Shown: positions 19,856-29,030 of the stretch, one piece after another
Position numbering within the stretch: the stretch's first letter is position 1
Layout: every line of letters starts with the position of its first letter
Assembly (NCBI GenBank): GCA_964409535.1
Contig: CAYPDQ010000001.1
Location: 22,993 to 86,992 of the forward strand
Length of the DNA stretch: 64,000 bases
Reading direction: 5' to 3'
From: an uncultured Candidatus Saccharibacteria bacterium
GTDB taxonomy: Bacteria; Patescibacteriota; Minisyncoccia; UBA6257; 2-01-FULL-56-20
Program-made: the position numbers and the translations under genes
The notes under the pieces: generated by a model
What the model was told of the DNA's origin: nothing
What the model saw: only the letters and a program-made list of their open reading frames with translations
Databases searched by the model: none

Positions 19856-21349
19856 TTACTTGGCGTATTCCACCGCCCGGACCTCCCGTATGACGTTCAC
19901 TTTTATCTCGCCGGGATATTTGAGTTCCGACTGTATCCGGTTCGCGATCTCCCGCGCCAACTCCAGTGCCCGGAAGTCGTCCACTTTCTCCGGCACAACG
20001 AAGACCCGCAGCTCCCGCCCGGCGGAAATGGCGTAGGCCTGCTTCACCCCCGGGAACTCCAGCGCGATCTTCTCCAGGTCGGCCAGACGCTTGATGTAGT
20101 TCTCCACACTATCCCTACGCGCTCCCGGCCGGGCGGCGGAGATCACGTCCGCCGCGGTTATGACGTAGGCCTCGGGATTGGCGTAGGGATAGTCCTCGTG
20201 GTGGGACTGCATCGCTTCTATCACCCGGTCGTCAATGCCGTACTTTTTCAAAATCTTCCGGCCGATCTCCACGTGCGTGCCTTCCACTTCATGGTCGATC
20301 GCTTTGCCAATGTCGTGGAGAAGCGCGGCTTTTCTCGCCACCTCCACGTTCAGCCCCAACTCCGCGGCGATCATCGCCGCGATATAAGCCATCTCGACGG
20401 AGTGAGTGAGAACGTTCTGGCCGTAACTCGTACGGAAATGCAGACGGCCGATGAGTTGGAGTATCTCTTTAGGCATATCATACACTCCGACCTCCATCGC
20501 CGCCGCCTCCCCTATCTCCAAGATCCGCTTTTGCATCTCCTCTTTCGCTTCCTCCACCTTCTCCTCTATTTTCGCCGGCTGGATGCGCCCGTCCTTTATG
20601 AGCTTGGCCAAAGCCAGGCGCGCGATCTCCCGCCGGTAGGGATCGAAAGAAGAGATGACCACGGCATCCGGGGCTTCGTCGATTACGAACTCCACTCCGG
20701 TCGCCCGTTCCAGGGCGCGGATGTTCCGCCCTTCCCGGCCGATGATCTTGCCCTTAATCTCTTCGTTCTCCAGAGGGAAAACGCTCGTAGTCACCTCCGA
20801 TATGTGGGAACGGGCATAGCGCTGCAAGGCGACGGTGATCACGTCCATCGCTTTCTTCTCTATCTCCTCGTGCCGCTCCTTGTCCATTTTCTGGAGGGTT
20901 TGGGCAAGCTCCTGGGCGTTGTCTTCCCGAACCTTCGCCAAAAGCTCGCGCTTGGCCTCTTCCCGGCCCAAACCGCTCACCCGCTCCAATTCCGCAACCG
21001 CGTTCTTCCTGACCTCTCCGATCTTCTCCGTTTCCGCCGCGAGTTCTCCCGTCTTCCGCCGCAACTCTTCTTCGCTCTTGCCCAGAGCGGAAACTTTCTT
21101 GTCCAGATTTTCCTCCCGCTCCAAAAGGCGGGACTCCAACTCGGCGATTTTATCCCGCCGCTTTTCTTCTTCTTTCTTCGCTTCCTCTAAGAGGGAAGCG
21201 GCCTTTTCCTTGGCTTCAAGGATTACCTCCTTGGCCTGAGATTCCGCCGATTCTTTAAGCTTTTGCGCCCGCTGCCGGCGCAAAAGATACCCGAAGACGA
21301 CGCCCAAAACCAAGCCCAGCCCCGCAAGGGCTAAAGAGTTTATATCCAT
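19856..21349 (-). CDS. rny: Ribonuclease Y
   Basis: TM, coiled coil, KH (GKIIGREGRNI) and HD (LLHDIGK) domains. Confidence 0.97.
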   Translation of the reverse strand: MDINSLALAGLGLVLGVVFGYLLRRQRAQKLKESAESQAKEVILEAKEKAASLLEEAKKEEEKRRDKIAELESRLLEREENLDKKVSALGKSEEELRRKTGELAAETEKIGEVRKNAVAELERVSGLGREEAKRELLAKVREDNAQELAQTLQKMDKERHEEIEKKAMDVITVALQRYARSHISEVTTSVFPLENEEIKGKIIGREGRNIRALERATGVEFVIDEAPDAVVISSFDPYRREIARLALAKLIKDGRIQPAKIEEKVEEAKEEMQKRILEIGEAAAMEVGVYDMPKEILQLIGRLHFRTSYGQNVLTHSVEMAYIAAMIAAELGLNVEVARKAALLHDIGKAIDHEVEGTHVEIGRKILKKYGIDDRVIEAMQSHHEDYPYANPEAYVITAADVISAARPGARRDSVENYIKRLADLEKIALEFPGVKQAYAISAGRELRVFVVPEKVDDFRALELAREIANRIQSELKYPGEIKVNVIREVRAVEYAK

Positions 21350-21430
21350 GGAATTTGATATTTAAATTCTTCATGAGGTTGACGTTTTAGATGACTCCAT
21401 CATAGCACTTCGCTGCGCCCCCGGTCAACT

Positions 21431-21637
21431 GCGCTCCGGCCTTCGCCCTCGGAGGCCCGGCGTCGGTTTTCGTAGAGCAGAAAACCGCGCCTGCATCTCG
21501 GCCAAATCGTTCCTACTCTTCTTGCACGGGTAGATGTTTAGTTGTGGACGATGATTCTTTTAACCACGTCGTATCTGACGTCAGAACCAATGTAGATTTG
21601 GCCTCCGATAGCGCCTCCTCCGGGCGAAGGCCTGCGC
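21431..21637. repeat. Structured GC-rich repeat, copy 1
   Basis: Outer stem GGCCTTCGCCC../..GGGCGAAGGCC with inner hairpins; homologous to 23358..23571. Confidence 0.65.
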
Positions 21638-21822
21638 GCTGGGCAGGCATTGGATCTATAGGCCGCTCCTGATTCCGCTAAGCAGACCGTCTCGCAGGCC
21701 GAGCGGGCAGGGTGTCCGAAGGACGAGCGAGGCCGAATGGCCAGCGAAAACCCTCGCTGGGGGTTTGAGCGGTAGCGAGGGCATAGCCCTGCGTGGCGCG
21801 AAGCCGTACAATATAAACCGAT

Positions 21823-23355
21823 ATGGCGAAAAGCGTAGTGCTTATAATCCTGGACGGCTGGGGTATAGGCCCGGAAAACGACGCCAATCCGATGCACGTG
21901 GTGAAACCGGAAATCTTCAAGTTTCTGGAGGAAAACTATCCGGTGACGAGCCTGCAGGCCTCGGGCATATCGGTGGGTCTCCCCTGGGGCGAGGTCGGAA
22001 ACAGCGAGGTCGGGCATCTCACTTTGGGCGCGGGCAAAGTCATCTACCAGTACTATCCCAAAATCACAATGGCCGTCCAAGACGGCACGTTTTTTGAGAA
22101 TCCCGCGTTAAAGAATGCCTTCACACATGCGAAACAAACCGGCAGCAGCGTGAATTTGGTGGGGCTTTTGACCAAAGCAAACACTCACGCGTCGCTCGAC
22201 CATCTTCAAGCGCTCCTAAAAATGGCGGAAAAAGAGGGTTTAGATCGGGTGAATCTCCATCTTTTCGCCGACGGCCTGGACAGCCCGCCCAAGTCCCTGC
22301 CGCAATTCCTTAAGCAAATCCCCCTGGACAAACTCGCGACCTTAACCGGCCGCTACTACGCAATGGATCGGAACGAGTCCTGGCAACTGGTAGGGAAGGC
22401 CTACGAGATAATGACCTCCCCCGGCGAGCCGACCGGAGAACTCGGCGCGCTTTTGGACACTTTTTATAAAAGGGGTATGTCCGAGGAGTTCCTACCGCCT
22501 TTACGGCTCCTCCCCGGCCGCGAGATAAAAGACGGCGATGCCCTAATCTTCTTCAACTTCCGAGAGGACGGAATCCGGGAGTTAAGCGCCGCCTTCCTCC
22601 AGCCCGATTTCCAAAACTTCCCCCGGAAACAATTCCAAAACCTGTACCTCGCTACCCTTACCCGCTACAGCGAAAGCTTCCAAAATCCCGTTGCTTTCCC
22701 GGCGGACAAGGTGGAGCGCCCCTTGGGCCGGGTCCTCTCCGAGGCGGGGAAGAGCCAGCTTCGCCTTGCGGAGACCTACAAGTACGCCCACGTGACCTCC
22801 TTCTTCAACGGCTATCGGGAAGAAGCGTTCAAGAACGAGTACCGGGCGCTCGTGCCTTCGCTCCAGATAACCCACCCGGACGAGAGGCCGGAGCTTATGG
22901 CCGCGGCAGTGACCGACCGCTTGGTCCAGGCGGTCCAAGGCGGCGGCTTTGACTTTATCCTCGTAAACTATTCCAACCCGGACACCATCGCCCACACCGG
23001 CAACTACGATGCCTGCCTCCAAGCGGTGCGGGTTATGGATCGGGAGATCGGACGGGTTTTGAAGGCAGTTGAAAGTACGGACACGACGCTCGTCCTCACC
23101 TCCGACCACGGTAACCTGGAGGAGGTTCTAAGTCCGTTGACCGGCATCATTGAGACCCAGCACGACCCCAACCCCGTCCCGCTCCATCTCGTGGGCGCGG
23201 AGTTCAAAGGCAAAAAGTTCGTCAACTGGCGGGACATTCGGAACGAAACCGTGGGTATTCTCGCGGATGTCGCCCCGACCGTGCTCGCGCTTATGGGCAT
23301 TCCGCAGCCGCCGGAGATGACCGGGAAAAACCTGCTCAAAGAACTAGTGTTATAA
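21823..23355 (+). CDS. gpmI: 2,3-BPG-independent phosphoglycerate mutase
   Basis: ILDGWG, GNSEVGH, GRYYAMDR, AETYKYAHVT, TSDHGN. Confidence 0.97.
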   Translation: MAKSVVLIILDGWGIGPENDANPMHVVKPEIFKFLEENYPVTSLQASGISVGLPWGEVGNSEVGHLTLGAGKVIYQYYPKITMAVQDGTFFENPALKNAFTHAKQTGSSVNLVGLLTKANTHASLDHLQALLKMAEKEGLDRVNLHLFADGLDSPPKSLPQFLKQIPLDKLATLTGRYYAMDRNESWQLVGKAYEIMTSPGEPTGELGALLDTFYKRGMSEEFLPPLRLLPGREIKDGDALIFFNFREDGIRELSAAFLQPDFQNFPRKQFQNLYLATLTRYSESFQNPVAFPADKVERPLGRVLSEAGKSQLRLAETYKYAHVTSFFNGYREEAFKNEYRALVPSLQITHPDERPELMAAAVTDRLVQAVQGGGFDFILVNYSNPDTIAHTGNYDACLQAVRVMDREIGRVLKAVESTDTTLVLTSDHGNLEEVLSPLTGIIETQHDPNPVPLHLVGAEFKGKKFVNWRDIRNETVGILADVAPTVLALMGIPQPPEMTGKNLLKELVL

Positions 23356-23357
23356 GG

Positions 23358-23571
23358 GCGCTCGGCCTCGCGGCTCGTCGGGGTCGGCGTTGTTTTGCTC
23401 CCCGCCCGAAACGCTGCGCGTATCGCTGCGGGCGGGCAGCGGCAAAACCCACCTGTGTCCCTGCCTGCCGGCAGGCAGGTCGGCCAGCCGACCGAGCACA
23501 TAAGGAACTTATGTACTCGGACCAAGCTCAGCTTGGCCTGCGACACACCCCGCCGAGCCGCCAGGCCTCGC
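23358..23571. repeat. Structured GC-rich repeat, copy 2, with nested 20-bp palindrome
   Basis: Same motif order as 21431..21637; CCTGCCTGCCGGCAGGCAGG at 23460..23479. Confidence 0.65.
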
Positions 23572-23579
23572 CGTACGGG

Positions 23580-23775
23580 AGCGCAGCCCCGCTTCCCGAG
23601 GTAACCTGAAGCGGAGGCGGCGTCAAAATGAAGGAGGGAGGCGAAGATTTTACGGTAAGGAAATTTGATGGTCCGATGGTTGCGAGGGGAACTGTCAAAT
23701 TTCCCCGTAAAATCGAGCCGAGCGACTGTCATTTTCGCCGCCGGAGCGGGTTCTGAGGGAAGCGGGGCGGAGCGG
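23580..23775. repeat. Long imperfect palindrome
   Basis: GCCCCGCTTCCC/GGGAAGCGGGGC, GATTTTACGG/CCGTAAAATC, GGAAATTTGA/TCAAATTTCC arms. Confidence 0.75.
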
Positions 23776-23793
23776 CTGTGGTAGAATAGAGCT

Positions 23794-24150
23794 ATGAGGT
23801 TTTTGGCCAAAATAATCCTCGCGGTCGTCGTGAACGGCGTGGCGCTTATGGCGGCGGCGTACTTCCTGCCCGGTTTTGAGCTAAAGAACGACCTTGTCGC
23901 CGTCGCCTGGATCGCACTGGCGCTCACTGCCTTGAACTACACCGTGAAGCCGGTCCTCAAGCTCTTCCTGGGGCCGATAATAGTGCTCACCCTTGGCCTG
24001 GGGCTTGTTATCGTAAACGCGGTCATTCTTTATCTCCTTGACATTTTCTCGCCAGATCTTACCATTCAAGGCGCTTTGACCCTCATTTACGCCTCGGTTT
24101 TGATCGGCGTCGTGAACTTCATCTTCCACCTGGCGACCAAGAAAAGTTAG
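23794..24150 (+). CDS. YvlD/4-TM holin-family membrane protein
   Basis: LNYTVKPVLK..PIIVLTLGL..IVNA pattern. Confidence 0.8.
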   Translation: MRFLAKIILAVVVNGVALMAAAYFLPGFELKNDLVAVAWIALALTALNYTVKPVLKLFLGPIIVLTLGLGLVIVNAVILYLLDIFSPDLTIQGALTLIYASVLIGVVNFIFHLATKKS

Positions 24151-24166
24151 CATCTTATATACTTAT

Positions 24167-24379
24167 ATGCTCATCCCGATACTTCAGATAATAGTTTCCG
24201 TCGCGCTCATAGTCCTTATCCTGCTTCAGGAACGCTCGGCGGGGCTTTCCGGCATCTTCGGCGGAGAAGGCGGTTTTTACCAGACGCGGCGCGGTCTGGA
24301 AAAATTGATCTTTGTTGCGACTATCGTTCTTACGATCGTCTTCCTTGCGCTTGCGGTTCTGCAGTTGTACCTCGGCTGA
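24167..24379 (+). CDS. secG: Preprotein translocase SecG
   Basis: ILLQERSAGLSGIFGG, TRRGLEK. Confidence 0.9.
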   Translation: MLIPILQIIVSVALIVLILLQERSAGLSGIFGGEGGFYQTRRGLEKLIFVATIVLTIVFLALAVLQLYLG

Positions 24380-26010
24380 TGACATCGCTAAAAAAAATTT
24401 TCCTGGCGTGGAACCTGCGGGAGCGGTTCATCTTCTGGATCGCGGCCGGAGTGTTTTTCGTGAGCTCCGTCGCCCTCGCCGGCGCGGCTCTTCAGGAATC
24501 GACCACCGTCGTCCCGGCAAAAGGCGGGGAATACATTGAGGGCGTCGTCGGCCAGCCGACCTACGTGAACCCGGTTCTCGCCGCGAGCGAAGCGGACAAG
24601 GTCCTGGTTCGCCTCCTTTTCGCCAACCTCACTGCTCTTGCCGACAAGATCGAGCCGGAGGAATCTGGAAGGGTCTGGCGGGTGCGCCTCAAGGAGGATC
24701 TGCGCTGGTCGGACGGCGCGCAGCTCACCTCGGACGATGTGATCTTTACGGTAGAACGGATCCAGGATCCCGAAACCCAGTCGCCGCTATTTATGAGCTG
24801 GCAAGGGGTGGCGGCGAACCGCTTGAGCGAGCTGGAAGTCCAATTTAATCTGGTTGCGCCATACCCGTTTTTCACCCAGAACCTGGAAGGGCTGTATATT
24901 TTGCCCAAACATATTTTCGCGGACACGCCCTCCGCCAACTGGCGGCTTTCAAAATATAATCTGGAACCGGTCGGCAGCGGCCCCTATAAATACGAGAAAC
25001 ACCTCCTATCTCCGAATGGCTTCGTGGACAATTACCTCCTCGCAGAAAATCCGGCTTACGTCGGCGGGGCGCCGCTCATCCAAAAATTCGGAGTCCGCTT
25101 TTTCTCCAAAGCGGAGGATCTCGTAAAAGCGTTCAATGTCGGGGAGGTCGGCGGCTTTGCCGGCCTCACCCCCGAAGCCGTATCCCAGGTTAACCGCCCC
25201 TATCAATCCCTCTCTTTCCAGTTGCCTAGCTACTACGCGGTCTTCTGGAACCAAAGCCAGAACCTGGCGCTCAAAGACAAAACAGTGCGCAAGGCCTTGA
25301 GTTTGGCGGTGGATCGCAGCCAGCTTGTGCAAGATATTTTCGGTGGACGGGCGGCGGCAGTGGATGGCCCCGCTCCTTCGGCGGGCGAGCCGGTCGCGGC
25401 CCTCGCACCCGAAGAAATCGCATCCATTTTAGATGAAGCCGGTTGGAAGGCGGGCGAAAACGGCGCCCGGGAAAAGGCCGTAAAAAACGGTAAAATCCCC
25501 CTGGAATTCACCCTGACCCTGCCGGATGTGCCCTTCCTTCTCAAAACCGCGGAAGAGCTTAAAACCGCCTGGGAGAAAATCGGCGCGCGGGTGAATCTAT
25601 CGCCGGTCGCGGCCCAAGAGATCGCCCAAGGACCGATCAAAAACCGTGAGTATCAGGCGCTCCTCTTCGGTAACATAATGAACCCGCCCGGGGACCTCTA
25701 TTCTTTCTGGCATTCCAACGAGCGTTTCTACCCGGGATTGAATCTTTCCCTCTATAGCAACCCGGAGGCAGATAAAATTATGGAATCCATCCGGCGCGAG
25801 TTCGATCCCGCGACGCGGGAAGAAAAACTCGCGGAACTGAATACGATCATCAAAAGCGACTACCCTGCGGCGTTCCTCTATTCTCCGAGCTATGAGATGA
25901 TCGCGACCAAAGACCTGCGCGGCGTATCTACCGGCCTCGTCTCCGACCCGGCGGACAGGTTCCGGAACGTGAATCAGTGGCACCTCAAAACCGCGCGGGC
26001 GCTTAAATAA
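24379..26010 (+). CDS. ABC peptide transporter substrate-binding protein (family 5)
   Basis: WSDG..LTSDDVIFT, PVGSGPYK, VRKALSLAVDR. Confidence 0.85.
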   Translation: MTSLKKIFLAWNLRERFIFWIAAGVFFVSSVALAGAALQESTTVVPAKGGEYIEGVVGQPTYVNPVLAASEADKVLVRLLFANLTALADKIEPEESGRVWRVRLKEDLRWSDGAQLTSDDVIFTVERIQDPETQSPLFMSWQGVAANRLSELEVQFNLVAPYPFFTQNLEGLYILPKHIFADTPSANWRLSKYNLEPVGSGPYKYEKHLLSPNGFVDNYLLAENPAYVGGAPLIQKFGVRFFSKAEDLVKAFNVGEVGGFAGLTPEAVSQVNRPYQSLSFQLPSYYAVFWNQSQNLALKDKTVRKALSLAVDRSQLVQDIFGGRAAAVDGPAPSAGEPVAALAPEEIASILDEAGWKAGENGAREKAVKNGKIPLEFTLTLPDVPFLLKTAEELKTAWEKIGARVNLSPVAAQEIAQGPIKNREYQALLFGNIMNPPGDLYSFWHSNERFYPGLNLSLYSNPEADKIMESIRREFDPATREEKLAELNTIIKSDYPAAFLYSPSYEMIATKDLRGVSTGLVSDPADRFRNVNQWHLKTARALK

Positions 26011-26088
26011 GGGTCTTTGCCCGCGAGGACGAGTCCCTTGGCGGCGAAGTCCGAGCGTCGCAAACACCTTAATTTTAACAAAATTGGC

Positions 26089-27174
26089 ATGGATCCGTTT
26101 CTAAAAAACATCCTGGAATTCAACCGCCAGCTTACGACGGCCGGGCTCCAGCTCTCCAACCTCAAGCGGCTGAAAAAAGGCGGCTATGACTCCGTTCTCA
26201 TAGTCGGAATGGGCGGCTCTGGCCTCGCCGGCGAACTTCTGAAAGATGTGCAGGAGGAATTGGGACTCAAGGTTCCGGTTTTCACCTGGAAAGATTACGG
26301 CCTGCCCGAACCGGAAACGTTCGGTGCAAAGAAACCGCTCTACCTCTTCGTCTCTTTCTCCGGCAACACCGAAGAAACACTCTCCGGCTTCAAATCTGCT
26401 CTAAAACCTAAAACCTATAACCTAAAACCTCATTCCATTGCGGCCGTTGCCCACGGCGGCGAACTCGCCCGCCTCGCGAAGCGCGCGGGAGCACCACTGG
26501 TTCTCTTTCCGGCCGCAGATCCCGTTAGAAGTCCGACATTCGGCCCCGCGAATGTCGGCAGAAACCGGGGGTTTCTTACTTCTAACGGGACAGACTTGAA
26601 TCCCAGGCAATATACTGGTAGGATGTTCTACGCACTGATCCAAGTACTCCGGGCCGCCCGCCTTATTTCTTCCGAGCCGCAGACCTACATCCGGCTCCAA
26701 CCCGCGTCTTTCAAAAAGGAGGGTGCATATCTCGCCAAACGCCTTAAGGGCAGGGTCGTGCTCCTCTACACCGACCGGCGAAGCCATGGCCTGGGCTATG
26801 TCTGGAAAGCTAAATTAAACGAAACCGCAAAGCAGCTCGCTTTCCTGAACGCCGTGCCTGAGATGAACCACAACGAGCTCACCGGCCTTGTTTTCCCAAA
26901 AACCAAGCTGGCCGCGCTATTCATAAGCGATACGTCCGCCCCTGCGGCCGGGGCAGGGCGGACGCGGAAAAGAATCCGGATCAATCTCAAACTTTTAAAG
27001 AAGAAAGGGGTGCAAGCAGAGGAAGTTCCGCTCCAGGGCAAGAGCCGGATGGAGAAGATGTGGAATTCCATAATGCTCGCGGACTGGACCGCATACGAAC
27101 TTGCCAAGATGAACGGCGCGGACCCGGCGGAGATCAAAATAGTTGAAGAGTTGAAAAGTTCGATGAAAAAATAA
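26089..27174 (+). CDS. Bifunctional phosphoglucose/phosphomannose isomerase (SIS)
   Basis: GMGGSG, SFSGNTEET, NETAK, PEMNHNE; contains repeat-derived inserts. Confidence 0.88.
   Translation: MDPFLKNILEFNRQLTTAGLQLSNLKRLKKGGYDSVLIVGMGGSGLAGELLKDVQEELGLKVPVFTWKDYGLPEPETFGAKKPLYLFVSFSGNTEETLSGFKSALKPKTYNLKPHSIAAVAHGGELARLAKRAGAPLVLFPAADPVRSPTFGPANVGRNRGFLTSNGTDLNPRQYTGRMFYALIQVLRAARLISSEPQTYIRLQPASFKKEGAYLAKRLKGRVVLLYTDRRSHGLGYVWKAKLNETAKQLAFLNAVPEMNHNELTGLVFPKTKLAALFISDTSAPAAGAGRTRKRIRINLKLLKKKGVQAEEVPLQGKSRMEKMWNSIMLADWTAYELAKMNGADPAEIKIVEELKSSMKK
26520..26590. mobile_element. CCCGTTAGA-TIR element, 71 bp, in frame in PGI/PMI
   Basis: TCCCGTTAGAAGT...ACTTCTAACGGGA flanked by CAGA direct repeats; 71+4=75 nt. 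Confidence 0.85.
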
Positions 27175-27186
27175 TCTTGGCCGAGA

Positions 27187-27270
27187 GCCCAGGTGGTGGA
27201 ACTGGCAGACACGCAGCGTTCAGGGCGCTGTGGCCGCAAGGTCGTGGGAGTTCAAATCTCCCCCTGGGCA
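27187..27270 (+). tRNA. tRNA-Leu(CAG)
   Basis: GCCCAGG/CCTGGGC acceptor stem, CAGCG-TTCAGGG-CGCTG anticodon arm, long variable arm, GTTCAAATC. Confidence 0.95.
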
Positions 27271-27278
27271 CCGAAAAA

Positions 27279-29030
27279 ATGATCAAAAAAACAATTAAAA
27301 CCAAAACGGTCTCTCCGCACGGGCGTCTGCACGTCAAGACGGCAAAGATAGCCGAAGACAAAGAGCCGCCGGTGCGCTGGGCGGCTTTGGGCGGCTTGGA
27401 GGAGATCGGCCGGAATATGATGTTCTTGGAGTACAAGAACGAGATCATCATAATTGACGTCGGCTTGCAATTCCCGGAGGAAGAAACACCCGGGGTGGAC
27501 TACATCATCCCCAACGTCTCTTATCTGGAGGCGAGGCGCGATAAGATCCGCGGCATCGTCATCACCCACGGCCACTACGACCACATCGGCGCCCTGCCCT
27601 ACGTTCTGGGGAAACTGGGCAACCCCCCGATATACGCCACCCAGCTCACCAAAGAAATAATCCTGAAGCGGCAGGAGGACTTCCCGAACATGCCCAAGCC
27701 GGTTTTCATCGTGGTCAAAGCCGGCGAGACCCACCAGCTTTCGGAACACTTCATCTTGGAGTTCTTCGCGGTGGAACACAACATTCCGGAGGGCGTAGGC
27801 ATGGTCGTAAGCACTCCGGCTGGCAAAGTTGTCCATCCCGGCGAGTTCAAATTTGACTACGACCGCGACGGCAAACCACGCAATATGGACGTCTGGGAAA
27901 ACGTCGGCAAGCAGGGCATCCACACCCTGTTCCTGGATTCCACCGGCGCGGAAGTCCCGGGTTGGTCCCTTTCCGAACGGGTGGTGGAAGAGGAGCTGGA
28001 GAAACTCTTCCGGGCGGCCAAGGGCAGGATAATCGTCGCGACTTTCGCCTCCCTCCTCGGCCGCATCGCGGAGATCGTGAAGATCGCCGAGCGTCTCGGC
28101 CGGCACATTGCTCTCTCCGGCTATTCCTTGAAAACCAACATGGATATCGCCTTGAGCTTGGGCTACGTCAAGGTAGAACAGGGTACCATAGTCCGGCTGG
28201 AAGACATCCACAAGTACCGGGATGACAAGCTCTTGATCCTCTCCACCGGCGCCCAGGGCGAACCGCGGGCAAGCCTGGTCCGGATCGCAAGCGGCGAGCA
28301 CAAACAGGTTACCTTAAAGAAAACGGATACCGTCATCCTTTCCTCGTCCATCGTCCCGGGGAACGAAGCCAGCGTCCAGATATTAAAGGACAATATCGCC
28401 CGCCAGTGCCCGAACGTTTTCCACTATAAGATGCTGGACATCCATTCGAGCGGCCACGCGCCGATAGAGGAATTAAAGACCGTGATGAAACTGGTGAAAC
28501 CGCATTTTTTCCTTCCGATCCACGGCTATTACTTTATGCGCATGCGGAACGCCCGCCACGCCCAGGAGGTCTTGGGACTGCCGCCGGAGAGAACCATCGT
28601 TGCCGACAACGGCCTAGTAGTAGAAATGCGCAAGGACAGGGTGGTGCTCACCGAAGAACAGGTGCCCGCCTCCTACGTGATGGTGGACGGCTTGGGTGTG
28701 GGCGACGTGGAAGAAGTCGTGCTGCGGGACCGCCGGAGCCTAGCCCAAGAGGGAATGGTCGTCGCCATCGTGACCATAGACCGCAACCGCGGCGGGCGTC
28801 TCCTAAAGAATCCGGACATCATCTCCCGCGGCTTCATCCTCCTCAAAGAGAACCAGGAAATTCTGGAAGGCATCCGCAAGCGCATCCGGGGCATCATTTC
28901 CCGCTTGCCCGCCCACCAGACAGTGGAACCGGACTATCTGAAGGCGCTCATCCGCGACCAGATCGGCCAGTTCCTTTATAACAAGACGAAACGCAGGCCG
29001 ATGATATTGCCCGTGGTTATAGAGATATAG
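27279..29030 (+). CDS. rnj: Ribonuclease J
   Basis: GGLEEIGRNM, THGHYDHIG, TGAQGEP, HSSGHA, RRPMILPVV. Confidence 0.95.
   Translation: MIKKTIKTKTVSPHGRLHVKTAKIAEDKEPPVRWAALGGLEEIGRNMMFLEYKNEIIIIDVGLQFPEEETPGVDYIIPNVSYLEARRDKIRGIVITHGHYDHIGALPYVLGKLGNPPIYATQLTKEIILKRQEDFPNMPKPVFIVVKAGETHQLSEHFILEFFAVEHNIPEGVGMVVSTPAGKVVHPGEFKFDYDRDGKPRNMDVWENVGKQGIHTLFLDSTGAEVPGWSLSERVVEEELEKLFRAAKGRIIVATFASLLGRIAEIVKIAERLGRHIALSGYSLKTNMDIALSLGYVKVEQGTIVRLEDIHKYRDDKLLILSTGAQGEPRASLVRIASGEHKQVTLKKTDTVILSSSIVPGNEASVQILKDNIARQCPNVFHYKMLDIHSSGHAPIEELKTVMKLVKPHFFLPIHGYYFMRMRNARHAQEVLGLPPERTIVADNGLVVEMRKDRVVLTEEQVPASYVMVDGLGVGDVEEVVLRDRRSLAQEGMVVAIVTIDRNRGGRLLKNPDIISRGFILLKENQEILEGIRKRIRGIISRLPAHQTVEPDYLKALIRDQIGQFLYNKTKRRPMILPVVIEI

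Noticed and set aside
19835-21190. Long antisense ORFs (also 27252..28301, 42904..44082, 52787..53818, 60626..61525)
   Set aside because: Shadow frames of well-supported GC-rich genes.
23004-23927. 307-aa minus-strand ORF and RNase P RNA interpretation of 23358..23775
   Set aside because: The ORF spans gpmI antisense and palindromes; the RNase P signature GAGGAAAGTCC was not seen.
23794-24150. Prophage inferred from holin-like and tail-fibre-like genes
   Set aside because: Isolated genes in housekeeping context; no capsid, terminase or linked integrase.
26401-26430. CRISPR array
   Set aside because: No regularly spaced repeat-spacer units or cas genes anywhere in the window.
27177-27278. 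N-terminal extension of the RNase J ORF
   Set aside because: Overlaps tRNA-Leu; ATG 27279 is the plausible start.
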